Of a DNA stretch of 64,000 nt, positions 8,726 through 17,434 are shown in pieces. Numbering within the stretch: the first letter of the stretch is position 1; every line of letters begins with the position of its first letter. The DNA is from OM182 bacterium BACL3 MAG-120619-bin3 (GTDB lineage: Bacteria > Pseudomonadota > Gammaproteobacteria > Pseudomonadales > Pseudohongiellaceae): positions 197 to 64,196 of the forward strand of contig LICD01000001.1 in assembly GCA_001438145.1 (NCBI GenBank). Direction: 5' to 3'. The notes beneath the pieces are model-generated. The model did not search any database. It was not told the origin of the DNA and worked only from the letters and a program-made list of their open reading frames with translations. The translations under genes and the position numbers were made by a program.

Positions 8726-9799
8726 ATGCTGTTGTTCACCGCCCAGATAGTCGCAATATTGAGCGTTTTGCTGCTTGCAGTAGGGTATCTCAAAGCCGAC
8801 TTCCGCGCCTCGAGCGCTCGGGTGTTCGCCCTCATCGCTCTGTGCGTCGCGCTTTACCTAATGAGCGGGATGACGGGCCCAAACATAGCGGCCGAGTACA
8901 GGCTAGATTTCGGCCGCTGGCAGCCACTTATCGGCGTCACCAGCAGCAGTATCTCTGGGCTTTTCATGTTCTATTGTTTCTTGATTTTTCAGGAGGCTCG
9001 CCGCTTTCCTCTCGTGCTAGCTGGCGCTTTTTTAACTCAGGTTTGCGCTGAGTTTACCCTTATGATTCTCGCGTCGCAGACAGGCATTCAGGGCGCAGGT
9101 CTACTCAGTAATATCGCGCTGGTACTCGACCTGATGCAGCTAGGGTTTGTTGTGCTTGCGATTTATTGGACGCTCTCAGGCTGGCGCGCTGACCTCGTCG
9201 AAGACCGTCGTGTTTTTAGGTGGTTTGTCATCGGCGTACAAGGTGCTCTGATTTTCTTCGTCCTCTTTCTCGAGAATTTTGTATTCGATGGGGGCACTCA
9301 GGCCTTCGTAAGAGTGCAAGCGATTACAGTCTATTCTATCGCCGCGCTCGCGCTCGGCATGCTGCTTGTTTCAATGAAATTTGACTATGTCTCGCTTTCC
9401 CAAGCTATTCGTAAAGTGACTGAGCGCGAGGTTTTGCCCGCTGAGTCCGCCAAGGCGTCGTTCGATATCGCAGGGTTTAATGTGGCATTTAGAGAGGGCT
9501 ATCTCTATCGAGAAGCCGGACTGACAATTGCTGTACTCGCGACCAAACTCGGTCTGCCCGAATACAAGTTAAGGGCGTTTATTCACCAAGAGTTAGGTTT
9601 TCGGAATTTTAACGCGATGCTTCATGTCTACCGCGTGGCAGAGGCGAGTGAAATACTCGCTGATCCCAAAAAAGTCAGTTTGCCTGTGCTAACCATCGCA
9701 TTGTCAGTTGGGTATCAATCGATAACTCCTTTTAATAACGCTTTTCGCGCACTCAAAGGCATGACGCCCTCGGAGTTTCGTAAGCAAGCGCTTGACTAA
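8726..9799 (+). CDS. membrane-anchored AraC-family transcriptional regulator
   Basis: About 230 aa with 6-7 predicted TM helices, followed by an AraC double HTH (IAVLATKLGLPEYKLRAFI...TIALSVGYQSITPFNNAFRALKGMTPSEFR). Confidence 0.8.
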   Translation: MLLFTAQIVAILSVLLLAVGYLKADFRASSARVFALIALCVALYLMSGMTGPNIAAEYRLDFGRWQPLIGVTSSSISGLFMFYCFLIFQEARRFPLVLAGAFLTQVCAEFTLMILASQTGIQGAGLLSNIALVLDLMQLGFVVLAIYWTLSGWRADLVEDRRVFRWFVIGVQGALIFFVLFLENFVFDGGTQAFVRVQAITVYSIAALALGMLLVSMKFDYVSLSQAIRKVTEREVLPAESAKASFDIAGFNVAFREGYLYREAGLTIAVLATKLGLPEYKLRAFIHQELGFRNFNAMLHVYRVAEASEILADPKKVSLPVLTIALSVGYQSITPFNNAFRALKGMTPSEFRKQALD

Positions 9800-9993
9800 A
9801 CTGAAGCACGCGTTTGGCTGGCTTAGTGATTTACATCAGTAAAAGCCAAGGCTTGCTAGGTTAGCCTTTAAATGAAATAGACTCGGCGAACAGCTTATAG
9901 CCACAACTCTAGTGCTGAGTTATTCTTGCGCCACGATTTGAACAGTACTCATAGACGAATGCTCGCGTTCGCGAATTAAGAGGAAAACACCCA

Positions 9994-10563
9994 GTGAATC
10001 AACTCATCTTCGACATTTCCGTTTGGCTTGACGACACCGCCTGGAGCACCGCTATCCATGAGTCCTATTATTTATATAACTGGATCGAATCGACACACGT
10101 CATCACGTTGATGCTAAGTCTTGGGATTCTTTTTCTCATCGACTTGAGGATGCTCGGCTGGGCGCTGCCCAATGTGCCTGCGACCCGACTTGCAGAACGC
10201 CTCAATACGCCTATGTTGATTGGCTTTATCGTCATGTTTATCACCGGAATTTTGCTGTTCTACGCCGTACCTGTGAGAAGTTCTCAAAGCCTCTGGTTTC
10301 GCATCAAGATGGTCCTTTTGGTTGTGTGTGCGGTGAATGCGTATTTATTTCATCGGCGCATGACTCAGTCTATGAGCACCTGGGAGAACGAGCCGCGCGC
10401 GCCTTCTACTCTGCGTAAAGGAGCGATGATATCGCTCGCGTTCTGGACAGTGATAGTCCTCTGCGGCCGTTTCATCGCCTACGATTGGTATGATTGTGAA
10501 TACCCACAGCCAGATTTAGTTCGCGCGCTTGCAGGTTGCATCGACGGACAAATCCGATTTTAG
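9994..10563 (+). CDS. integral membrane protein of unknown function (4 TM)
   Basis: GTG start with AAGAGGAA upstream. Hydrophobic helices and coding-like composition. Confidence 0.65.
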   Translation: MNQLIFDISVWLDDTAWSTAIHESYYLYNWIESTHVITLMLSLGILFLIDLRMLGWALPNVPATRLAERLNTPMLIGFIVMFITGILLFYAVPVRSSQSLWFRIKMVLLVVCAVNAYLFHRRMTQSMSTWENEPRAPSTLRKGAMISLAFWTVIVLCGRFIAYDWYDCEYPQPDLVRALAGCIDGQIRF

Positions 10564-10614
10564 ATAATTAATCCCTTCGCTAAGGCTTGGGGTGAATAAC
10601 GCAGGGAGTTAACT

Positions 10615-11244
10615 ATGAGCTCAGCTACCAACTCAACTAACAACTTATCTAACAATTCATCGTCGGATCGACAATCGCCTATTGGGCCGTATCCTCGCGC
10701 AACGATTGCCGGTCTCGCACTGCTAGTGCTGCTCGCCTTTTCATTCTCGGGTTTACGTGCAGAGACTTGGACCGCGCTATTACCGTTCTTCGAATGGATG
10801 GAGACGACGTGGTTTGGCTATGTGGGCAAAACATGGGGTGGTGCCTTTGCAACTATTCAAGCTGGCCATCTAGTCTCCCTTGGAGTTTTAGGCGGTGCCG
10901 TTTTGTTTAGTGATGGCCGCCTTTTAGGACTCTATTCCTCACTTCCGCTGCGCGAGGTGATCGATGGCTCGCATCAGGTGTTTAAGTGGGCACTCGCAGT
11001 GGTGGTTTTTACCGGCGTTTTTATGGCCTGCGGTGTCGCCGTCAAAGTCTATTACCTGCCCGTTTTCTGGTACAAAATGCTTACGCTGACAGTGGGCGTC
11101 CTCTTCGCGTTTTATGTTCGAAAACCACTCATTGATCGTGATTTGAGCGTTGTCAGTCCTTTGGTGGTTAAACTAACCGCTGTTGCAAGCATCATGGTGT
11201 GGTTTACCGTCGCGGCAACAGGTCGCTGGATCGGGTTTAGCTAA
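10615..11244 (+). CDS. integral membrane protein of unknown function (4-5 TM), distant paralog of 9994..10563
   Basis: GGAG lies 8 nt upstream of the ATG. Topology is similar to the preceding ORF, with an shared D.R(M/L)LG-type loop motif after the second helix. Confidence 0.65.
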   Translation: MSSATNSTNNLSNNSSSDRQSPIGPYPRATIAGLALLVLLAFSFSGLRAETWTALLPFFEWMETTWFGYVGKTWGGAFATIQAGHLVSLGVLGGAVLFSDGRLLGLYSSLPLREVIDGSHQVFKWALAVVVFTGVFMACGVAVKVYYLPVFWYKMLTLTVGVLFAFYVRKPLIDRDLSVVSPLVVKLTAVASIMVWFTVAATGRWIGFS

Positions 11245-11359
11245 ATGCCGCTGTGAACGCAGTTTTTACGGAATGAACAGAGACGAAAACGCAGGCAAGT
11301 AATTGCATCGGCGGGCGAGTGAAGACGCTGCCAGGCGAGCGGAAAAATGGGAGAGTAGG

Positions 11360-11521
11360 ATGAGTGAATTAGAAAAGAAAAATAGCGCGACCCCGCGAGG
11401 GCTAAAAGATGATGAGATGGCTGCAGTGGTTGTTGCAGGCAGCATCGTCGCGTTTTTTGCGGTCTATTGGTTTTTCGAAATCTTGTCGGTGCGAGAGCTG
11501 TTAGAAATGGCGTACGGCTAG
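11360..11521 (+). CDS. small single-TM protein
   Basis: Internal ATG at 11360 with GGGAGAGTAGG just upstream. One TM helix (AAVVVAGSIVAFFAVYWFF). No recognisable family. Confidence 0.4.
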   Translation: MSELEKKNSATPRGLKDDEMAAVVVAGSIVAFFAVYWFFEILSVRELLEMAYG

Positions 11522-11546
11522 AGAGGCGCTTGGGCTCCGCGCCTCT
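11522..11546. other. 8-bp GC-rich hairpin (agaggcgc/gcgcctct) between convergent genes, flanked by direct ctagag copies
   Basis: Read directly. No U-tract on either strand, so it is not a canonical intrinsic terminator. Confidence 0.4.
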
Positions 11547-11584
11547 AGAGAAAGAGTGACACGCGGAGTCCGATTGGCGCTAGG

Positions 11585-12049
11585 TTACTGCAGTGGCGAG
11601 TAGTCAGTCGCCTTCATAAATAAGTTTTCTATTCCTGCCAAAATGGGGCCGTTAGCGTTAGACGCTGCAGCTACCTCTGCCCATTCTGGGTCAGCGATAA
11701 ACGCCTGCCACGATGCATCAGCCGCGGCGCGACTCTTGTGCTCTAGTACGTAGACCAGTGTGTTTTCGGCTTCTTCTCCTTCGGTCGGCGCCCAATAGGC
11801 CACGACTTCCATCCCATGTTTACGGAAGATGCGCGTAGTGTGGTCGCGGAAACGGGCATGCAGATTGTCAAGGTTTCCGGGTGTCGCTGTATAGGTTCTA
11901 AGTTCGAAAACTTTGCCTTCCTCCTGTGCGCCGCTGGGTATAAACGACGTCACCGCGAGGAAAAAAGCGAATGATGCTGCAGTGAGAGTGCGAGCCGTAA
12001 GGCTTTTACGTGATTGTTCTGATTTGCTTGATTTACTGAGTGCTGACAT
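11585..12049 (-). CDS. NIPSNAP family protein with signal peptide
   Basis: FELRTYTATPGNLDNLHARFRDHTTRIFRKHGMEVVAYWAP is a typical NIPSNAP/dimeric alpha-beta-barrel signature. Confidence 0.75.
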   Translation of the reverse strand: MSALSKSSKSEQSRKSLTARTLTAASFAFFLAVTSFIPSGAQEEGKVFELRTYTATPGNLDNLHARFRDHTTRIFRKHGMEVVAYWAPTEGEEAENTLVYVLEHKSRAAADASWQAFIADPEWAEVAAASNANGPILAGIENLFMKATDYSPLQ

Positions 12050-12201
12050 TGACTTGCTCCCTGTCGCCTAGGCGGCAGCTATTTAGTGTTAACGGATACT
12101 CTTTATAAGATATTTACAGGGGTAGATGCAATGCGAGGCAGTTGCGTTGCGCAAGCGGTGTTAGCGTAGTGCGGTCGCATTAGTCTTTCTCAGTTTGCTG
12201 G

Positions 12202-12999
12202 CTAGGCGAGGCTCTGATCCATCGTTTGGGCGGGGCTATCGGCCTCGCATTTGCCTATCTCCCGCGCGGGGACGCCTACCACAGTCGTGTGCGGCCTCAC
12301 GTCAGACAACACCACGCTGCCTGCCCCAATTTTTGAGCCACTGCCAATTTCGATGTTGCCCAATACTTTGGCCCCTGCCGAAATGAGCACGCCCGAACGG
12401 ACTTTCGGATGGCGGTCGCCTTGCTCGTTGCCTGTGCCGCCGAGCGTTACGTGTTGGAGTATCGATACATCGTCGTCGATGACACACGTCTCACCAATCA
12501 CAATGCCGGTCGCATGGTCGAACATAATACCCATGCCAAGTGTGCAGCCGGGGTGGATATCTACAGCGAACACCTCAGCGTTGCGACTCTGAATAAAGGA
12601 CGCGAGCGCGCGCCTTGAATGTGTCCAAAGGTAATTGGCAAGGCGATGTACCTGAATCGATTGAAAACCTTTCAGATAGAGTACAACCGGAAGATACGTG
12701 CTGGTCGCAGCGTCACGCTCATAAACAGCTCTGATATCGGCACTTGCGGCTAGAATCAGTTTAGGCTCTGCGTCGAATGCCTCTTCAAAGAGTTCGCGCA
12801 ACGACACAGCGGACATCACCTCATCCGCAAGCTTGTTCGCCAATATCACGCTAAGTGCGGAGGCAAGGCTGCGATGGTTTAGAATGCAGTTGTATACATA
12901 GCTGGCTAACAAGGGCTCTTCAGCGATTGCCAGCGTTGCTTCTTCGCAAAGTTTTACCCAAACGAGACTCGGATTACGTTCGTCGACTGCTGTGTTCAA
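12202..12999 (-). CDS. cysE: serine O-acetyltransferase
   Basis: Hexapeptide-repeat left-handed beta-helix (DIHPGCTLGMGIMFDHATGIVIGETCVIDDDVSILQHVTLGGTG...DRHPKV) preceded by an SATase N-terminal helical domain. Confidence 0.9.
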   Translation of the reverse strand: MNTAVDERNPSLVWVKLCEEATLAIAEEPLLASYVYNCILNHRSLASALSVILANKLADEVMSAVSLRELFEEAFDAEPKLILAASADIRAVYERDAATSTYLPVVLYLKGFQSIQVHRLANYLWTHSRRALASFIQSRNAEVFAVDIHPGCTLGMGIMFDHATGIVIGETCVIDDDVSILQHVTLGGTGNEQGDRHPKVRSGVLISAGAKVLGNIEIGSGSKIGAGSVVLSDVRPHTTVVGVPAREIGKCEADSPAQTMDQSLA

Positions 13000-13146
13000 T
13001 GAGGATTCCTTGGGGATTTACTCTAAGCGCGATTAAAAAGCGATTAAAGGACAATTAAAGAGCTAGGTAAGTAAAGTGCTTGAGTACTAGATAATCAGAT
13101 GGGGAGTTTACTACTTATTAACGCTGTCGCCAAAAAAAGCGGGTGT

Positions 13147-16100
13147 TTAGTCAATGGCAGCCTTCTTCAGAAGAGCTTTGGTTTTTTCGAGCTCATGTTC
13201 TAAACCAAGACGAGTTTCGGTTTCTATCGTTGGAATGGACAGAACAAAATAGGCTGTCCTCACAACCTCTCGCCAGCGTGGAACTTTAGGTAGTTGTTCT
13301 AGCCTTAAATACCGATCGAATGTGCGTGTGCGAAGACGGCCGTCATCTATGCTAACCGCCCAAATATTGCTTTCCTCGGCGAGTTCGATTTTAGACTTCT
13401 GCGTAGTCACCTCCCAAGCATGAAGTGCAGAGCGCATGAGCGTCACGAGTTGCTGACGATACTCGCTATCACTGTCCATATCGGGGAGGTTAGAAGTAAT
13501 TTTCGCAACAAGCGAGTCGATCCTGATCAGCTCTTCGAGCAAGTCGGGTTGTTGATTTAATTCAATAGGTTTAAGCACGCTGAGTCTTGCGTTTATTCTA
13601 CGCATGTTCTGTTGAACTTGCCCTAATATGCCAACAAGCTCGGCCGCATCATACCTCTTCTTGCTCCGACAACCCTCTTCTGAGTTTTCTTTATCTGTGA
13701 GGATGAAGAGCACGCCAGTGCCCTCGTTATTACCGAAGAGCATAAGGCGAACGTCGGCAGTAACCATTTCCGCATTAAGCTTGTTTGCGTCGCCGTAAGG
13801 AATGGCCAGTTGTATTTTCTCCTGCAGCGAAAACACCAAATCGCCTGAGTTACTTTGCAGGTCTTCAGTTTCCCATCTGGCGAGTGCGTCGAGCAGTTTT
13901 TCGCTGTTCAGGCTTTTTTTGAAAACGCTTGCGATCTCTGCTCCCTCGAGGGTTTCCCTGTCAGTGCCGAGTAGGTCAGTTGCTGTCTTATTAAAGCTGA
14001 AAATTTGGCCTGGTAGCTCGAATGCAATGAAGCCTTCATCGATCGTTTCAAGGACTTGTTGTAATTGCATCCTTGAGTGTCGCAGTTCCCTGTCAGCTTC
14101 CGAATAGGATTTAATTAACGATCGTAGGCGCATATTTTCTTTGCTAGTCCGATGCATCAAGCTTAATTTAAGCTGGTTTTCTACGCGCGATTTGAGTTCC
14201 TGCTTGTGAAATGGCTTTGGCAAAAAATCATTGGCACCTGTCGCTAATGCTTCGGCTAAATTCTCGAGATGATTCTTCGCAGTCACAAGAATAATTGGCA
14301 GTTCTATTGGGTTATAGCGTTGACGAATTTTTTGGCAGACCTCATGGCCGCTAAGCCCGGGCATCATCAGGTCTAGCAAAATCAAATCGGGTTTCGATTC
14401 AGCGACAGCGGTTAATGCGTCCATTCCATTGGTGTAGTTGATAACGGTGTATTCTGACAACTGTTGGCCTATTACGATTCGATTGATTTCGTCGTCATCG
14501 ACGATCATCACCGTGATATTTTGCTGGCTTCTTAGTGCTGGGTCAGCCTCTCTTCGCAAGGCTTCCTGCGCAAACTCGGCGCGCATAATCATTTGCTCAT
14601 CAAATGTGCTAGCAACACTCGCTCGGCTCTGATCGAGAGCCATTCTCAGATTGAAGCTAAATTCAGAGCCAACACCTAACGCGCTGGTCATGCTGAGTTT
14701 GCTAAGATGCATCTCGATCATGTGCTTAGCGATGGGTAACCCTAGACCAACACCTTGAGCATTCTGTTTCCTCGAGGGCAGTTTCTCAACGTTGCGAAAT
14801 ATCTTTTCGTGCTCGCTTTCGTGTATGCCGATTCCCGTGTCTAAGACACGGATTCTAATCATTGAGTCTGCAATGACTTCTCCACCGATATCGACTTCTC
14901 CGCTGCGCGTGAACTCAATAGCATTAGCGGTCAGGTTTACGAGTATTCGCTGGAGTCTATCCTTGTCAGCCTCGATTAATGGCAGCTCTGGATCTACCGT
15001 GTTGCGCAGTTTAATTGGTTTTTCACCGATCTTAGGTGAGCAGATAGCAATGATAAGAGTCGCCATTCTATGCAGGTCGACCGATTCAAGCTTAAGCTGA
15101 TTCCCGTCTGGTCCTCGCGACGAGAAATCTAAAAGGTCATTAACCAGCGTCATCAGCCTGTCGCCGCTAGCTTGGATAAGTTCTAGATTCTTTATGATTA
15201 GTCCGGCGTTTTGGTTGTTTCGCCGAAACGCCTCTAACGCATTCCCTGCTAGACCATTAATACCGAAAAGGGGTGTTCGCAACTCGTGCGACACATTCGC
15301 GAGTAAATCGTCTTTGATGCTTTCGGCACGAACAAGATTATCTATGGCCAGTCTTTGCGCATCCTCTTTCTCTTGGTTGATCAAGGCATAACGTGTCGAA
15401 AGGCTGAGGGACAAGAGGAGAGCTTGGGTGATTAGGCCAAGGTTGTAAGCGCTAGCGCTGAAAATGTTCACTGGGAAGCCCGGGACAGCTTCAACGAGGA
15501 GGTGAGCAGTGATGCCGATAATACAAGCGCTTGTAGCGGCTGAGTGGAGTAGTGCTAGTGATCGGTTTCCGTTGCGCATCGAATCTAGATTGGAGCAGAG
15601 AACGACAGGAAGACCAATGACGAGCAGGGTAATTAACGAAAATTGATAATACGTTTTATCGGGTATCAAGCTTAATAGCGCAGCAACACAGAAGGCTGTG
15701 ATCAACCATCGTCCTACATTATCGAGGAACGAGTTGTTTTGTGGAATATTTAGCAAAGACCGTTGGAAAGCGATGAAGCTGACGGCTGCGGCGGGATAAA
15801 TTAAGCGCTCTGCAGTGTCTAAAAGCCAGAGGCTGGTCGTGAAATCGCCAAGCAGAAAACTTAGGTGGTGGGCATTAAGAAAGAGTAAAACAGTTTGTGC
15901 GCCAATCGCGAGGACGTATAGGAGATAAACTCGATCTCTCAGCCTAATGAATTGGAACAGGTTGAAAAACATCATAGCAAGTAACAAGCCATACAGAGCT
16001 CCCAGCCCAATATTAGCTGCGGATGCCTCCTGTGCCCTTAAGGCGGCAGCCTCATCGAGACTCGGCATGCCCGATGGGCCGTCAAGATAGGTTGCCGAAA

Positions 16101-16305
16101 GTGCGGCATCGAGCTGAGCTGGGGAAAGCTCCGCTTGCGCATAGGCTGGGTCGACAGCGGTTAGCGTAAATGTCACTAAAAAAAGTGGGCAAAAGTTAGT
16201 GAGCAACGTGCGCAGAAGAGGGAGGTTGTTGTCTGTCCAACGACAAGGCGTGGTAGAGTGTCGAGACGCAAAAAAAAGATTATGAAGCGAGTGTTCAGAC
16301 CTCAT
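13147..16305 (-). CDS. hybrid sensor histidine kinase/response regulator (7TM sensor, HisKA, HATPase, REC, PAS-like, unknown C-terminal domain)
   Basis: About 7 TM helices (aa ~95-300). H-box LLANVSHELRTPL. G-boxes DTGIGI and GVGLGLPI. REC domain VMIVDDDEINR...DLILLDLMMPGLSG...KPF. PAS-like segment VLETIDEGFIAF. About 190 aa of unassigned C-terminus. Confidence 0.85.
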   Translation of the reverse strand: MRSEHSLHNLFFASRHSTTPCRWTDNNLPLLRTLLTNFCPLFLVTFTLTAVDPAYAQAELSPAQLDAALSATYLDGPSGMPSLDEAAALRAQEASAANIGLGALYGLLLAMMFFNLFQFIRLRDRVYLLYVLAIGAQTVLLFLNAHHLSFLLGDFTTSLWLLDTAERLIYPAAAVSFIAFQRSLLNIPQNNSFLDNVGRWLITAFCVAALLSLIPDKTYYQFSLITLLVIGLPVVLCSNLDSMRNGNRSLALLHSAATSACIIGITAHLLVEAVPGFPVNIFSASAYNLGLITQALLLSLSLSTRYALINQEKEDAQRLAIDNLVRAESIKDDLLANVSHELRTPLFGINGLAGNALEAFRRNNQNAGLIIKNLELIQASGDRLMTLVNDLLDFSSRGPDGNQLKLESVDLHRMATLIIAICSPKIGEKPIKLRNTVDPELPLIEADKDRLQRILVNLTANAIEFTRSGEVDIGGEVIADSMIRIRVLDTGIGIHESEHEKIFRNVEKLPSRKQNAQGVGLGLPIAKHMIEMHLSKLSMTSALGVGSEFSFNLRMALDQSRASVASTFDEQMIMRAEFAQEALRREADPALRSQQNITVMIVDDDEINRIVIGQQLSEYTVINYTNGMDALTAVAESKPDLILLDLMMPGLSGHEVCQKIRQRYNPIELPIILVTAKNHLENLAEALATGANDFLPKPFHKQELKSRVENQLKLSLMHRTSKENMRLRSLIKSYSEADRELRHSRMQLQQVLETIDEGFIAFELPGQIFSFNKTATDLLGTDRETLEGAEIASVFKKSLNSEKLLDALARWETEDLQSNSGDLVFSLQEKIQLAIPYGDANKLNAEMVTADVRLMLFGNNEGTGVLFILTDKENSEEGCRSKKRYDAAELVGILGQVQQNMRRINARLSVLKPIELNQQPDLLEELIRIDSLVAKITSNLPDMDSDSEYRQQLVTLMRSALHAWEVTTQKSKIELAEESNIWAVSIDDGRLRTRTFDRYLRLEQLPKVPRWREVVRTAYFVLSIPTIETETRLGLEHELEKTKALLKKAAID

Positions 16306-16477
16306 TTATTTTTACCCGCGAGGTCCGACGCAAAATTTCTAGATGCTGAAACAATAATGCGTTTGACGGGTGATTGCAATTGTTACTGAGATTTTTAGGC
16401 ACTTCGATTCGACCTAAAGAACTGTGTATCATGACCGGAATGTTGCTCCGACGTTAGGGCGATAAAAAGGATGTCGC

Positions 16478-17431
16478 ATGGGAATATCAATTAATTTAGG
16501 CGCGCTCCTCCTTCGCGGGGCCGGCGGGTTGGCGCTCACGGCGCTGTCAGCGTTATTACTCGCACAGGGCGCTGGCGGCCCCGAAGAGAGAGCTCAGATA
16601 GAGCAGTGGAAAACCTTAGTGGAGGCCGATCAACGATTTGCCCAGCTTACCGCACAAGCAGGCAGGCGCGCTGCATTTCTAGAGTTCCTCGCCCCCGATT
16701 CCGTCGTGTTTCGTGAAGGGCCCGTTGATGCGTTGACACTGTACTCGTCTTCGAGCTTCGCCGAAGCCGCGAGTGAAATTGATTGGAAGGCGCACTATGT
16801 CGATGTGTCGAATGCTGGCGATGTTGGTTTGTCGGCAGGTCCACTGACAATATTCAACGATTCTGGCAGCGACTCTTACGGTCATCTCATTTCTATGTGG
16901 CGATCCTCCAGTGCCGGCTGGGAGTTAATGGCAGACATTGTTGTTGGTATTCCTGGTTTTCTGAGTCTCGATGTAGAGCCCAGCTATGCTGACACGCTGC
17001 CAGTGATTGCCGAGACAGCAATTCCTGCAAGCGTAAGCGTAGCGGGAAATACGCTGCAGTCACTCGTCGATGCAGATGAACTGTTTGGTCGTTCGATTAA
17101 CTTCAGAGGAGGCCAGCGCGCTTTGCTGCGTTATGGCCTTGAAAATACCCGCGTTTATCTGCCTGGCATGGGGCCTGCGGTTGGTGCGGAGGCGGCGAGC
17201 TCGGTTTACGGTGCATTCCTCGACAATCAGTTAGCTACGACAAACCCTGTTAATCTGAGTAATCTCGGCGCGTATTTGTCGTCCTCTCAGGAGATGGGTT
17301 ACACGTATGGGACTATGGAAACTGATAGCAGTACAGCTGAGGCTGGCTTTAAGACGAGCTACATGCGCCTTTGGCGGTTCAATCAAGAAGGTGAGTGGCG
17401 TATTGCGGTAGAGGTGCTTAGCCCGTTTTAA
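16478..17431 (+). CDS. secreted hypothetical protein, possibly tandem NTF2-like/DUF4440-like folds
   Basis: Signal-like N-terminus. Two halves each end in a W-rich ...W(E/R)L/IA motif. The family assignment is tentative. Confidence 0.5.
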   Translation: MGISINLGALLLRGAGGLALTALSALLLAQGAGGPEERAQIEQWKTLVEADQRFAQLTAQAGRRAAFLEFLAPDSVVFREGPVDALTLYSSSSFAEAASEIDWKAHYVDVSNAGDVGLSAGPLTIFNDSGSDSYGHLISMWRSSSAGWELMADIVVGIPGFLSLDVEPSYADTLPVIAETAIPASVSVAGNTLQSLVDADELFGRSINFRGGQRALLRYGLENTRVYLPGMGPAVGAEAASSVYGAFLDNQLATTNPVNLSNLGAYLSSSQEMGYTYGTMETDSSTAEAGFKTSYMRLWRFNQEGEWRIAVEVLSPF

Positions 17432-17434
17432 CGA

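Noticed and set aside
13000-16477. Calling the AT-richer histidine-kinase locus a genomic island or mobile element
   Set aside because: No integrase, transposase, tRNA attachment site or flanking direct repeats are visible. The compositional difference rests on a few hand-counted lines only.
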